From Veleropilina oligotropha (taxonomy: Eukaryota), in contig JBEUKZ010000100.1 of assembly GCA_048128005.1 (NCBI GenBank), forward strand, positions 496,001 to 560,000: a stretch of DNA of 64,000 bases, written 5' to 3'. Every line of letters begins with the position of its first letter. The stretch's first letter is position 1. The position numbers were made by a program, and so were the translations under genes. This document shows positions 52,153-64,000 of the stretch, in pieces. The notes under the pieces were generated by a model. It was not told the DNA's origin. It searched no databases and saw only the letters and a program-made list of their open reading frames with translations.

Positions 52153-52430
52153 GGCTGCTGTTACATAGGAATGAACCATTCACTTTTCATTTTTCACTCT
52201 TCACCTGTCATGTGGCACGAGTCACCAAAAGGTGGTTTACACAGTGTTCATTTTAACCTCGTTCATTTACACGCTATGGTCATGGACTCCACAGATCCTA
52301 CCGTTTTCAACTTGATCAGCCCGATGAACAGATTTTGTAAGTAAATGTACAAGCGTATGTCGTAGACCTATCACAATTTCCCCCGAATTGAATACATTAG
52401 TAATGTATCATCTTCGGATCTATTCCTTTA
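52153..52430. mobile_element. Truncated copy of the ggctgctgttac Harbinger-type family (right end unclear)
   Basis: Aligns with 53687-54050 once the 86-bp insert is removed. Confidence 0.7.
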
Positions 52431-52944
52431 TACGACCCTAAATTTTGAAATTTTCAAATTATAGATTGGAATAATAATACCAAATTTTTATTCATGCATA
52501 ACAATATAAGTATGCTGCCTTACTGTTTGATACATGAAATAAAGATCCATATAGGTTATTGTCAAATAGAAAGCTATTTTACTTGACGAGCAGAAACCAC
52601 GCAACTGTGCTCCAACTAGGTAAATTGGAAATGAACATGCAACAATTATTAGATTATTGATCTAACTGTTAAATCCATGGGGACTAGCAACAGGTGAACC
52701 TCGGTCAGTCCAGGCTCACGGGGCGGTCCGGTGTATATACGTTTTTACACAACGGCTCTTTTGTTTTAACGAGGTTGGTATTCAGCGTGAACACCTTGTT
52801 TTCAATGACGATTCAAAAGTAGGGTGGTATAGCCATACCAACCTACTTTTCACTCTATACCGACCTGCGTCCGTGCAAGACGGCTAAAGCTGATCACAAG
52901 CTAAATTGACAACAAAGGAGCTATAATTGGCCGTTGTGTAAGTC

Positions 52945-53312
52945 GGTTACAAACCTCGTTAGTCGGTATTCATCTATTTGAAAGACCTGCTTCCGTGCTG
53001 GTAACACCTCGACCGCTCCGCGGTCTCGGTGTCACGATCCGCACGGGCGCAGGTCTTTCAAATCGATGAAAGACCTGAAAGACCTGAACGCACATGGACT
53101 TTGTCGAAATTTACGCATCCGTCACCTAATATACCGTACTGACCGTATCGGATCGGTTCCGCACCCAGTGTGGCCTGACCCATTCATTTTCTATGATATT
53201 GATACATTGACGGAACGGATTCGTTCCGTGACGTGACGCGGTCTCGGTGTCACGATCCGCACGGGCGCAGGTCTTTCAAATCGATGAATACCTCCAACTC
53301 GGTTAGTAACCT
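52945..53312. repeat. Palindromic (Crypton-like) hairpin disrupted by a templated insertion
   Basis: ggttac..ggtattcatctatttgaaagacctgc / gcaggtctttcaaatcgatgaatacc..gtaacc arms. Confidence 0.65.
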
Positions 53313-53320
53313 ATACGTAA

Positions 53321-53683
53321 AGCCAATACAACTACGTACCCATCACGTGTATCTTATCGCAAGCTGCATTTCCCCCGAACAATTCTGTGTTCGTCGTCTG
53401 CATTGACGACGAACATTAGCGCCGAACATTTATCGAAGGAACACCAATCAGCGATCAAATACAGATCACATGACACTCAAAATGGCGACGTCCAGTGAAC
53501 CGGCCTGCGTGAAATTTTGGACGACAGAAAAAGAGCAGATTTTGGTGGATATCTTGGGTCAAAAGTTCGTTCGTCTGCGGGATTATGTTCGTCGTCTGCT
53601 GACAACGAAAACAAAAACATTTGTCCGATGTTTTTGTTCGTCGACAAATGTTCGCCTAAAATGTTCCTCGTGTGCGTTGGGCT
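53321..53683 (+). mobile_element. Harbinger-type MITE with a Myb/SANT-like start relic
   Basis: TAA|agcc ... gggct|TTA imperfect TIR; MATSSEPACVKFWTTEKEQILVDI. Confidence 0.6.
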
Positions 53684-53700
53684 TTAGGCTGCTGTTACAT

Positions 53701-53786
53701 TACTCCAACAACGTTAGAGCCTGCTATAGTTCCTAATATCAGGGTTGGGAAGGCACGTCAACCCGGTCTCATATGTTATAGGAGTA
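53701..53786. mobile_element. 86-bp mini-MITE with a 9-bp TSD (Mutator-like)
   Basis: ctgttacat|tactccaacaac ... gttataggagta|ctgttacat; the empty site is seen at 52158. Confidence 0.8.
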
Positions 53787-54469
53787 CTGTTACATTGGAA
53801 TGAACCATTCACTTTTCATTTTTCATTCTTCACCTGTCATGTGGCACGAGTCACCAATTAATGGTTTAGATAGTGTTCTCTTGAACCTCGTGCATTTACC
53901 CGATATAGACATGGACTCCACAGAAACAACCTAGCGTTCTATACTTGATCTGCCTAATGAAGAGATTTATTAAAGTAAATGCACAAGCGTATGTCGTATC
54001 AAAGTTTCACCGAATTGAAGATATTACTACTGTATGATTCATCTTGAACCAATTTCGATGTTAATGGCGGAAACCGATTTCTGGGAAAGAGAAACTTGTA
54101 CTAACTTTAAAAATAAAATACTGTAGAAATATCTTGAAGTGACAATTGAAAAACTTTAAGGTAACTCACCGAAAAACTAAAATGGTTGGTATACACCGAG
54201 AAACGTGCCAAGAAATGGCATACTTACAAGTTTTACTATACAAATAAGTAATTCTTGCCGGTTCACGTCATAGAGAATGAACATGTTCATTCATCTATTC
54301 ACGCTAGACTCACGCATGACATGACGTGCTACAAGACAGTCCGGTGGAAATTAGAAAATGAAGGCCTATGTGAACGGTTCATTGAAAATGCACTGTCCAT
54401 TCTTCAGGTCACGAATGAAGCATGAAAAATGACTGATGACTCGTGAAAAGTGAACTCGTAAGTAACAGC

Positions 54470-56437
54470 AAGTCAAATCAAGTAATCTTTATTTAACGTC
54501 GGTATTTGGTTACAATAAGACAACACAAGTCTTAGTAGGCCGACAATGTCATTTCATATATAAATGACGGTTAAACAAATATATATATATATGTTAAAAT
54601 ATGTTAACATATACATTAAAATTAAAATAAAATAAAATACATATTAAGATTTTAAAAGACATTATACAGTGAGCAAAATATAATATACAAGAACGACGCG
54701 TTCGAAATATGTCTTGACCTTTCTTTATTTCCCTCAAATTTTCATAATACCATACAATACCATAATACCATACAATGGCTAAGTGCAAGTACTTCATGGC
54801 TTAATTTACTACCCCGTCGATTATGACGTCACCAAATGACGATTAATCTAAAGCGACGTCATAATGACGTCATTGCTATTTGCTTGCAATATTAGACATC
54901 AGTTACATACGAATATGGATTAAAGTGCTCAATAAATGCATATTTTTGCAAAATTGTGTCGCGAAAGTTATATACACGACCTACAAATACTCTTGGGAAT
55001 GTGTGTACCAATTTTGGTGAAAATTGAGCGGGTAGTTTTCAAATAAATCGACGGATATATATATAAGTATATAAGTATATAAGTATATAAGTATATACAC
55101 ACGGACCATTTGATAATGTCTTGTCCTTTTTTACAAAAAGGTCAAGACATAAAAATAGTTACATTGTACCATTTATACATTTCCTTAAAACATTTCAAAC
55201 CACAAAGTAAGATAGTCCATCATATTAAAAGGTTATGCAAAATAAAATAGTTCCTAATAGTAAGTGGTTAAAGTCTCTATTTGTACCATACCTGACACTG
55301 TTTGTTCTAGGAACGTCTAATAAATGTGTGTATCTGAAGGAATATGATGTGGGTTTATCGTGAATAAAATCACGTAAGAGGCATGGACTGATACCATTCA
55401 ATATCTTAAAAGTTTCGATGGCAACTAGTCTCATCCTGTTTATATGTAGGATAGAGGAATTACCTTTGTTTAGTATTTCCCCATAGCTTGAGTGGAAATT
55501 CTGATATTACCTTTGTTTAGTATTTCCCCATAGCTTGAGTGGAAATTCTGATATACAAACTTTAGCGCTCTGTAATTTATTTTTTCAAGCTTCTGGGAAT
55601 TTTTCTTCGAGCAAAAATGCCATACCAGAGGGCAGAAATTGAAATTTGACATAATGAATGCGTGGTAGATTGCTATTCGCCCCTCTAGTGTTAAATATTT
55701 ACCGAGGCGTCCGAGTACATTTACCTGCCTGGAAGCTTTCACACATATATTTTTTACATGAGGGTAAAAATTAAGCATTGAATTTATGGTAACTCCCAGT
55801 AATTTGACCACCTCCTCACAGTGTATTGCAATATCATCAATATGGAATACAACCTTTTCTCTAGGAGTTTTTTTTGCAAGTACTATTGCCTGAAATTTAT
55901 CAGAATTAGCCTTCATTCTATTTTCTTTGAACCAGTTGATGAGAGTTTTACTCTCTCTTTCGAGTGTATCCTTTACAACAGACATTTCGTTATGTATACA
56001 TGATAGTGTATTATCATCAGCATAGTTGTATAATTTACAATCTTTTATAAAAAAGAAGATGTCATTTATAAAAATATTGAAAATTATTTGGACCCATAAT
56101 AGATCCTTGTGGGACTCCTTTAATGATGTCCTGGACCGTGCTTGTACTTCCCCAAATACGTACCCATTGCTTCCTGTTTGATAGATAACTGAGGATGAGC
56201 TCTACAGCGGCCTCTCACAACCCATAAGCTCTCAGCTTCTCCATAAGAAGGTCAGTTGGAATACAGTCAAAGACCTTGGACAGGTCCATCAGTATGGCTG
56301 CAGCATATTCATTGTTGTCAACGGCTTGTCTCCATTCCTCAGTGAGCGCAATGAGAGTGGATTGACAGCTATACCCTCGACGGAAGGCCGAGAGCATGGG
56401 GTGGAAGATGCCGCTGAAGTAGTTCTCCAGTAGTTCT
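54470..56437 (-). mobile_element. CR1/L2-group LINE 3' fragment, degenerate RT
   Basis: SAFRRGYSCQ, ILMDLSKVFD, YADD (~56013-56024) and NFCPLVWHF; aataaa tail at ~54490; cagca TSD; 47-bp internal duplication at 55460-55555. Confidence 0.85.
54687..55155 (-). mobile_element. HINE/DINE-like Helentron MITE in the LINE 3' UTR
   Basis: subTIRs tatgtcttgacctt / aaggtcaagacata, adjacent inverted partner, (tatataag)n and terminal stem-loop gaacgacgcgttc. Confidence 0.75.
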
Positions 56438-56448
56438 CAGCAGCCTAA

Positions 56449-57644
56449 GGGCCGGTCTACACGATAGGTTTCTCCTATAAGTTTCTCCTATGGATCAAGT
56501 GACCTATAGGACATCCCTGTCCAGACAGTGAGATTTGTTGCTCTTCCTATAGAAATGGACATTGACCATTATTGGATCATCCTTGTGTTTGGAAGAGAAA
56601 ATAAAATGACGGCAAACAAAAGGTTAATAATTCCCAATAAATATTTCAACAGAGATTATTATTTTGGCTAGTGTTTTGTGAAGCCAATTTCAATACAACT
56701 TGCAATCCCCTTTCCCTCGCTTTCAAATATCAGGTGATGCCTATGGCTGTCAACATTGAATATCAGGTGATGCCTATGGCTGTCAACATTGAATATCAGG
56801 TGATGCCTATGGCTGTCAACATTGAATATCAGGTGATGCCTATGGCTGTCAACATTGAATATCAGGTGATGCCTATGGCTGTCAACATTGAATATCAGGT
56901 GATGCCTATGGCTGTCAACATTGAATATCAGGTGATGCCTATGGCTGTCAACATTGAATATCAGGTGATGCCTATGGCTGTCAACATTGAATATCAGGTG
57001 ATGCATATGGTTGTCAACATTGAATATCAGGTGATGCCTATGGCTGTCAACATTGAATATCAGGTGATGCCTATGGTTGTCAACATTGAATATCAGGTTA
57101 TGCCTATGGTTGTCAACATTGAATAAACAAATTGCAGCCTATCAATCTGAGAATAAGTGTTTGACCAACACAAGCAAGTAAACAAAAAATGGCCTGTCTT
57201 CAGTAGAAATATAGTTTTTGTCCAAGAAAAATCCATACCCCCAGATATTCAAATGGTCGGCCGCAAATTAAAGACATAAGAATAAATGCGTATCATGTGC
57301 TTCTATATGTGATCTTTTAATAAGTAAAAGGGTCTTGAATTGTGATATCATACAATAATATAATTGAAACATGCACCATCAAGGTAGCATCTGTTCTATA
57401 ACTTCTAGTCACATGGTCCCACTAATATCACGTGGAACAGCGTTCTCCTCTGATTGGTCAAATGGCTATCAGACATAAGTTTTGTCGGATGGAAATAGAA
57501 CATGTTCTATTCCATAGGATAAAACTGACGGTCACGAAATCTCATAAAATCGTGTCCTACCACCTGTCTACACGATATGATTTCCTATAGGTCAGACCTA
57601 TGGGTCATGACCTATAGGAAAAAACATATCGTGTAGACCGGCCC
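56449..57644. mobile_element. Harbinger-type MITE containing a minisatellite
   Basis: TAA|gggccggtctacacgata ... tatcgtgtagaccggccc|TTG. Confidence 0.88.
56726..57125. repeat. Minisatellite, 33-bp unit aatatcaggtgatgcctatggctgtcaacattg, ~12 copies
   Basis: Direct repeats. Confidence 0.97.
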
Positions 57645-60151
57645 TTGCACACACAATGGAGCAAGCTTAGTCGACTATGTTCTATTTCAAATCCCTTCAC
57701 TAAATGAAATTACTCATTTTGCCATCTTACCTTGTATGTCCGGGTCTGTTCATACATCATTAACTTTTTGTATTAAATCATATATTAATGAAAATACGTT
57801 TATAAACGAAAGTTGGGAATATACTTACTTTAATTGGAATATAGATTATGTTGAAGATTATAGGACGTTTGTTAGGAATGCTCTGACTAAATTAAATGAT
57901 GATATACTTAATATTAGAGCTGCCGAAACTATTAATCGCAACGATATTAATAACTTTGTTAATGATTTTACTAGTGTTATACGATGAAACATTTAAAATA
58001 TATGGACAGAAGAAACGAAGATATAAATATGTGAGGAATAACATTCCGATGCGAGCTCATAATGCCTGGTTTGACGAAAATTGCAAATCGGCACGGGATG
58101 AATATAATTATTACAGAAATAGACATGGCAAAAACCCGACGCAAGAAACGAGGTATATGTTCACAAAGCAAAGAAAAAATAAGGCTAAATTTCAATATCA
58201 ACAAGCATATGACATTAAGCTTTGTGAAACTGCCAGAAATAATCCAAAACAGTTTTGGAAATAAATATATAAAACCACAAAATCTAAATTAAATACAAAT
58301 AACATAAGCTTAAAAGACTTCTATGAGCATTTTAAAAAGATTTATACTGAAATATCTAATACAGATATTAACATGGGCAACTTAGATATGCCTAATAATA
58401 ATACAGATAATGAACTAGAGGCTGCTATAACAATAGACGAAATCGAAACTGCGATTGTTAGATTAAAAAGTGAAAAAAGTTCAAGAGTGGACGGATTAGT
58501 TGGGAGAAATATTCACAAAATGTGCTGATATAATATCTCCTATTCTTTTACATATTTTCAACATTATATTTGATTCTGGCCTATATCCCATAAACTGGGC
58601 CACTGGAATCATTGTCCCAATTCCTAAGAAAGGTGATCCTAATAACTTGGACAACTATCGTGGTATAAATATAATGAATGTAATGGGAAAAATTATGTCA
58701 AATATATTGAATACAAGAATAAATAAATGAGCGAATAAATATAATAAAATTAATGAATTTCAATTTGGTTTTCAATCTCACAAATCAACAGTCGACTGTA
58801 TGTTTGTTCTATCTTCTAATAGTGATAAAGACGTTGGCCGCCAATAATAAATTATATTGCGCCTTAATTCGTTGATTTTCAAAGGCATTTGATCGTATTC
58901 CCCGTGACATGTTATGGTTTAAGCTAATTAATTCTGGTGTAAGTACAAAAATGGTCAATATGTTAAAAGGAATTTATGAGTCTGTTATAACTTGTGTTAA
59001 ACATAACGGAAATATTTCGGAGTATTTTGATTCAAAACTCGGAGTAAAGCAAGGAGAACCACTCTCCCCTATACTATTTATATTATTTATTAACGATATG
59101 GTTGCTGATTGGCCAGCACCCGGCGATGACTTATTTACACTACATACTGTAGAATTGTTCATGTTGTTATATGCTGATGATACTGTATGACACAGAAACG
59201 CATCTCATCACATGGACAAAGGGCACTATTTGGGTTATTTTCTATCATGCAAGATACAGTATTACCAGTTGGCAAACAATGTTATCTTTATGATACCTTA
59301 TTTTCGACTGTATTAAATTACGGTGCTGAAATATGGTGATTCCATAAAGCAGCAGAAGTCGAAAGAGTGCATTTACGATTTTGCATGCGTACATTAAAGG
59401 TTAAAAAATCCACTCCAACTGAAGGCGTAATAAGTGAGCTTGGGCGTTTTCCAATGGCCATTACGAGAAAAGAAATTATACTAAAATACTGGATTAAAAT
59501 TTTAAAAGATAGAGATAATCTTTTATATAAAATATATGTTATGCTTAAAAATGACTGTGATAATGGTATTAATTATAATGGGCTAAACTGGGCTAGTGAT
59601 GTTAAAAATTTGTTATGCTCTCTTGGTAGGCATGCTATATGGTTAAATCAGGATCGACAAATTCCAATATTTAATGCTCTGCAACAAAGAATAAAAGATC
59701 AATATTTTCAGCATTGTACAAATTTCATTTCACAGTCATCCAAATTATAAATATATAGTAAAATAAAGACTAATTTAACATGTGAATTGTATTTGACCTT
59801 CATACAAGATATTAGATATAGAGCTTGTTTGTCAAGATTTCGGCTGAGTGCTCACAATTTATTCATAGAAACGGGCCGATACGAAAATGTAGATAGAAAT
59901 CATAGACTCTGTAAACTTTGTACTTTATCTGTTATAGAAAATGAATACCATTTTTTAATTGTATGTCGTAGAAAGCGTTTCCTGCCCAAATATTATACAC
60001 ATTGGCCAACCATAAATAAATTTATCTTAATAATGACAACTCATTCAAAGTCGCTCCTAAATAAACTGCGAAAATATTTGCTTCATGCCTTTAAATTAAG
60101 AGATGTTTTATTAGTATTAGTATATTAGTATTTTGCCTTACCCTGTATTAT

Positions 60152-60410
60152 GTCATGGTCGCTTCAACAGTTGTGAGGTTTCGGTCACCGAAAAATTACT
60201 GGCTTGATTCCTCTAACAAGAAAAATAGTGGGTTCGAACCCCGGTCGAGACATGTCATTATTTGTTCAAGCTATGATTCACAGTTGTTCGTAACTGGTCG
60301 GAGAGGGCGGGTTTCTCCGAGAGACCGGGCATCCCCCCGCGATAATATGGACATGTCCTGCTTGGTACTTAATGATTGAAAATATACATGATGTTAAGCA
60401 TCGATCCTTT
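60152..60410 (+). mobile_element. tRNA-derived V/Meta-like SINE in the LINE 3' UTR
   Basis: B box gggttcgaacc, core ggcgggtttctccg; 10-bp TSD cctgtattat (60142-60151, 60411-60420). Confidence 0.8.
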
Positions 60411-61293
60411 CCTGTATTATAGCTTATGCAACTATTATCTGTTGATCATGTTGTTTCTATCATATTTATTTGTTCCTCTTCATTGAGACTCAAAAATATT
60501 CCGTCATTATGTATGTATATATATATATATTATAAGTCTACAAACATGTTGTTTAAAGAGTGTCAATAAAGATTGAATTGAATTGAATTGATAGTCCCTA
60601 AAGTAAGTAAACTGACAAGACTGTATGCAATAAATAAAACTAAATATCGGTGTAGTAAATGTCACTTGAAGCCCATTTTAGTGTTGGCCGAGAAACTAGA
60701 AGCATTCCCTTTAAGTTCGTGATTCAGTATAGTTCGAAATGTCTATTCAATGAAACTATCCGATGACCACATTTTACCTCAGAGTAAATCTAGGCCTATT
60801 CGATTTAAATCAAATACTCCTAACATCAGTTCATCAAACGATATTTATAATAATTAAGCCTATATTGGACAACAATTCTTCTCTTAAAGATTGTCTTGAA
60901 ACTTTAAACGACGAGATGCTTTTATTCTGATTACAGCGGAAATATTCCGCAAACGGGATTCGAACCATTGTTTTAGGCGTTGCAGTAGACCTACTTGAAA
61001 AGTAGAAATTTCGACTTTTTATTTTATTTCTTTGTGGCCCTAATACGCTTCCGTACAAATATACTGGCCCAAAATTAATTTCATATATTTAATACGTATA
61101 TTACACGACTATTCGAGATATATTGTTCGTATATCCTACCATTGTTTTATGGTCATTTACTGGATGCAGGCAAATAATTAGTAAATATAAACTTTTAACA
61201 CTAATATTCATTCCAACACCAATAAATACATTGAAACAAATACTCGCTTCACGGCGAGATAGATCCAAACAAATTGATAGCAACGTTAATTAA

Positions 61294-62205
61294 AGATGAT
61301 GAATCTACATTCGTATGATATTTCATATAAAAGAAAACTATAAATACGATATGGTATCCATACATGACATGTTTTAGGACGAAGGAAAAGTTAAAATGCA
61401 ACAAAATGTGTTGCTAGCATTTAATAATCGCTTCAGCCGACGTCAATCCTCCGAAGCCATCTTATCTCATTTATCGGGGACGGACACATCCGATCGTTAT
61501 TGGGTCAAACGTCACGTGGTCCCGTCGAATTGATTGACATCACAGAGCAAGCAAAATGGAGGACAGTGTTTATCGGTTCGCTGAAATTGATGTATTGCTT
61601 TGAAACATATAGCTACTTTCTCATAATTGTAGTATATGGCAGCAATACTAACATAATAACCATATTTATTTCACCAACTAATTAGGCATATTGCGCACCG
61701 CGACATTGTAATGAAATGGGCATTCACTGTTTCAAGTGCTTCACTGTTTGTTTACAAGTTGAAGTAGCCGCATCCAATTTTCATTTATGGCGTTATTAAT
61801 TATGTCAAGTTTTTCGCATACATCCATTCACAGTCGATAACGGCGGCCTGCCTCTCTTTCTCGTGTCGACATCCGCCATGGAAACCGATATAAACAAACT
61901 CAGACAATTAAGGTCGACCTTGAAATTACCCGGTAGATCGCGAGAGTGATTTAGGGCGGAGCTAAGTGACGTGTTGAGCCGTCGTTCATTTCCGTATAAA
62001 TCTCGCGTACAATCGGCTCGAATTATGAGCGCGCGCTCATAATTCAATAAAAAAAATTCAAATATTTGTTACTAAGTGAATTTTTTTTTTGCCGTTTGTG
62101 GTAATCTCCGAAACGTCCTAACTATATGCAATAAATCAATGCAGAAAGTGTAAGATAGAACAGTATTTAAATACATTTTAGCGATCTGAAGTAGATCCTG
62201 CATCT
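61294..62205. mobile_element. Kolobok-like non-autonomous element (TTAA TSD)
   Basis: ttaa|agatgatgaatctac ... gtagatcctgcatct|ttaa; minus-strand MADVDTRKRGRPP AT-hook-like relic. Confidence 0.7.
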
Positions 62206-63687
62206 TTAAGAATATTAAAATTCTCTATAAATCTGTTTGGAAGCAAACTGGCGTTATATTTACGCCGGAAGGTACCGAATAAACTAGACATTCATATTTT
62301 AACGAAGCTTCCATATCAGTAGCACATTTATTATGACTAGCTTTAACCCGTGCTCCGTACGGTGAAATATTTGCTTCGTGTTGCTCGTTCAACTTTAATA
62401 TTTACCTAACATTAGATTGCGTTAGCTAACGTTCGCTACAATTGAAAGTGATTTCTCATTACTGGAGGAGTGACTGTGGCTATTTTCTCTATGCCATGGA
62501 ATATACTGTTTTCAACCAAAATTCCAATGTTATGATCCACATTGTCGGCTGCATAATGGACAAATGCTATTTAGTGAAGCTCGGTATGTTGGACTCTTGG
62601 TGCATTTTGCTCGAAATGTTGTACATCTTAGTAGGATCAACTAAATCCGTGTAGATGCAGTGAGTCAATGAGAATTTTTGGATGAAGGAGGAGTCGATCT
62701 CCAGCAGAGTTTCGTCCCTTCCCCTGTCGTGCCCGTCCATACAATCTCTGCGACCGCTGGTTCAGCCATGAGGCGATCCGCCTCATCTCGTTCATGACGT
62801 GACATTTTTATTTATTTTAGTTTGGCTTTATATTTTTGTGAATGATAACCACATGTTTACATAGTGATTATCTTAAAATGCACTCCAAACACCCAGTTTA
62901 TTTGTAAATGAAACTATGTCCCAGAGCAAATAATCCTACATGTGTAATGTCATTCGTAAACAAAATGGATGCGGGCACGCGTGAAGACAGACCTTTTCAA
63001 TTTTTAGCGGCGATCTACCGCATATTAAAATGGAATATTTAATTTAGCCGTAAGTAAATGTTAAATATCGACTAAATAAATGTGTGTGGGAGGGAGTTAG
63101 AATATAATGCATTTTGTTGATGCTAACCGACACCGATGGCGGCATAAACAATAGCACGTGTCGACGTATGAACACACTCTCCAGGCAAAGAGAATACGAA
63201 ACGACGCCCCAGGCTATGACTAGACTCACTCTCCAGGCAAAGAGAATATGAAACGACGCCCAGGCTTATATCTCTGCTATCGCTGGTCGCTATGTGGCGA
63301 TCCGCCACATAGTTAATATACATATTATTTCGCTTCAGTTTGTAATTTAATGAAGTGCAAATGACATGGTTAAGTGTTTTCAAGAAAAGGGTAGGCTAAT
63401 AACAACGTTTTAAATATGAAATACAGTGATGTTAAACAGCAAATAGTTCCGCGTAGCCATATTCAGCCAATTTATGCCAATTTATTCACCGCGTAGGTAA
63501 TTAATTAACTGCACAAACGCTTCTAAAAGTTTATTTTAATTAACTTTTAACTAAATTTGATATATTAAATACATATTAATGTTTGGAAAATTTCAAAGAG
63601 ACGATATTCCAGTCGGGAAAGAAGTAGGCGGACCAGCGAGAGCATAGTCTATAGACTGTGACTAGACTATGACTATGCGAGCTATGG

Positions 63688-64000
63688 TGGCTGATTTGTG
63701 CCATCTCGTCTTTTCGTTATTTCGCATTGGAAACACGCCAAGCGAAATAACGAAATAACGAAAAGACGACGTTTAGGGCGACTGATTTGTGACATCTCGT
63801 CTTTTCGTTATTTCGCGGTGTTAACGCGCCAAGCGAAAAGACGCCAGGCGAAATAGCGCCAAGCGAAATAGCGCCAAGCGAAATAGCGCCAAGCGAAATA
63901 ACGCCAAGCGAAATAACGCCAAGCGAAATAACGCCAAGCGAAATAACGCCAAGCGAAAGAACGCCAAGCGAAATAACGCCAAGCGAAATAACGCCAAGCG
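63688..64000. repeat. Two ~92-bp units resolving into a 15-bp minisatellite (aataacgccaagcga) that runs off the window
   Basis: ctgatttgtg.catctcgtcttttcgttatttcgc occurs twice, then direct 15-mers from ~63825. Confidence 0.9.

Larger units (their letters stand above)
53687..56445. mobile_element. Harbinger-type MITE whose right TIR is split by a LINE
   Basis: TTA|ggctgctgttac ... gtaacagca [LINE] cagcagcc|TAA. Confidence 0.75.
47232..60591 (+). mobile_element. Near full-length RTE-X-like LINE (ORF1 plus APE-RT ORF2), degenerate and multiply interrupted
   Basis: ORF1 (IDRAHRIG, RPLVVKF, GISEQFP); APE (YNVEGL, SETW, MGDLNSRVG, NGHGRKLIDLC, SLVDY); RT (GVKQGEPLSP, LLYADDTV); C-terminal RFRLSAHNLFIETGRY..CKLC..ENEYHFL; aataaa plus (attga)n tail. 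Clade is inferred from the C-terminal motif. Confidence 0.85.

Noticed and set aside
6270..54460. Hammerhead ribozyme cores (ctgatga at ~6276, 9381, 42674, 54433)
   Set aside because: No properly placed stem II/GAAA and closing stems seen by eye; an Infernal/RNAMotif scan would be decisive
12707..57125. CRISPR-like arrays (26-39-bp repeats)
   Set aside because: Units are head-to-tail without unique spacers, there are no cas genes, and the context is eukaryotic
12699..57126. Long repetitive ORFs over the 16-, 20-, 26-, 30-, 33- and 39-bp arrays
   Set aside because: By-products of stop-free tandem units, often open in several frames or on both strands; no gene context
36008..61045. Inverted match attagggccacaaagaaataaaataaa at ~36008 and ~61020 as ends of one giant element
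   Set aside because: More simply two independent copies of a short dispersed repeat; no supporting TSD or internal coherence
62440..62800. GC-richer minus-strand coding-like stretch (MSRHERDEADRLMAEP...)
   Set aside because: Short, frame-broken and without a recognisable motif; probably a TE relic

Overview
AT-rich, repeat-saturated animal genomic DNA; a marine invertebrate is inferred from the SINE, Helentron, Kolobok and RTE-X repertoire, and the species cannot be identified. No prokaryotic operons, CRISPR arrays, rRNA genes or genuine tRNA genes were found. Most of the window is nested transposable elements: PIF/Harbinger MITEs and deletion derivatives, Kolobok-like MITEs, Helentron-type (HINE) and Helitron elements, a Tc1 element interrupted by a full-length DIRS retrotransposon (ITR+ICR), CR1/L2/Tx1 LINE fragments, and a ~13 kb interrupted RTE-X-like LINE. 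It also carries tRNA-derived SINEs and many minisatellites. The only host-gene candidate is a spliced minus-strand gene or pseudogene at ~931-14427, which the ORF track does not show as a gene. It has a signal-peptide first exon and phase-compatible Cys-containing exons and no family I recognise. Other notable structures are a train of Harbinger elements stacked in one TTA site, a templated-insertion repair scar, a 39-bp minisatellite derived from LINE ORF1 with a 623-bp higher-order repeat, and a possible intron in the DIRS recombinase region. All family assignments come from motif recognition by eye; no database search was run.
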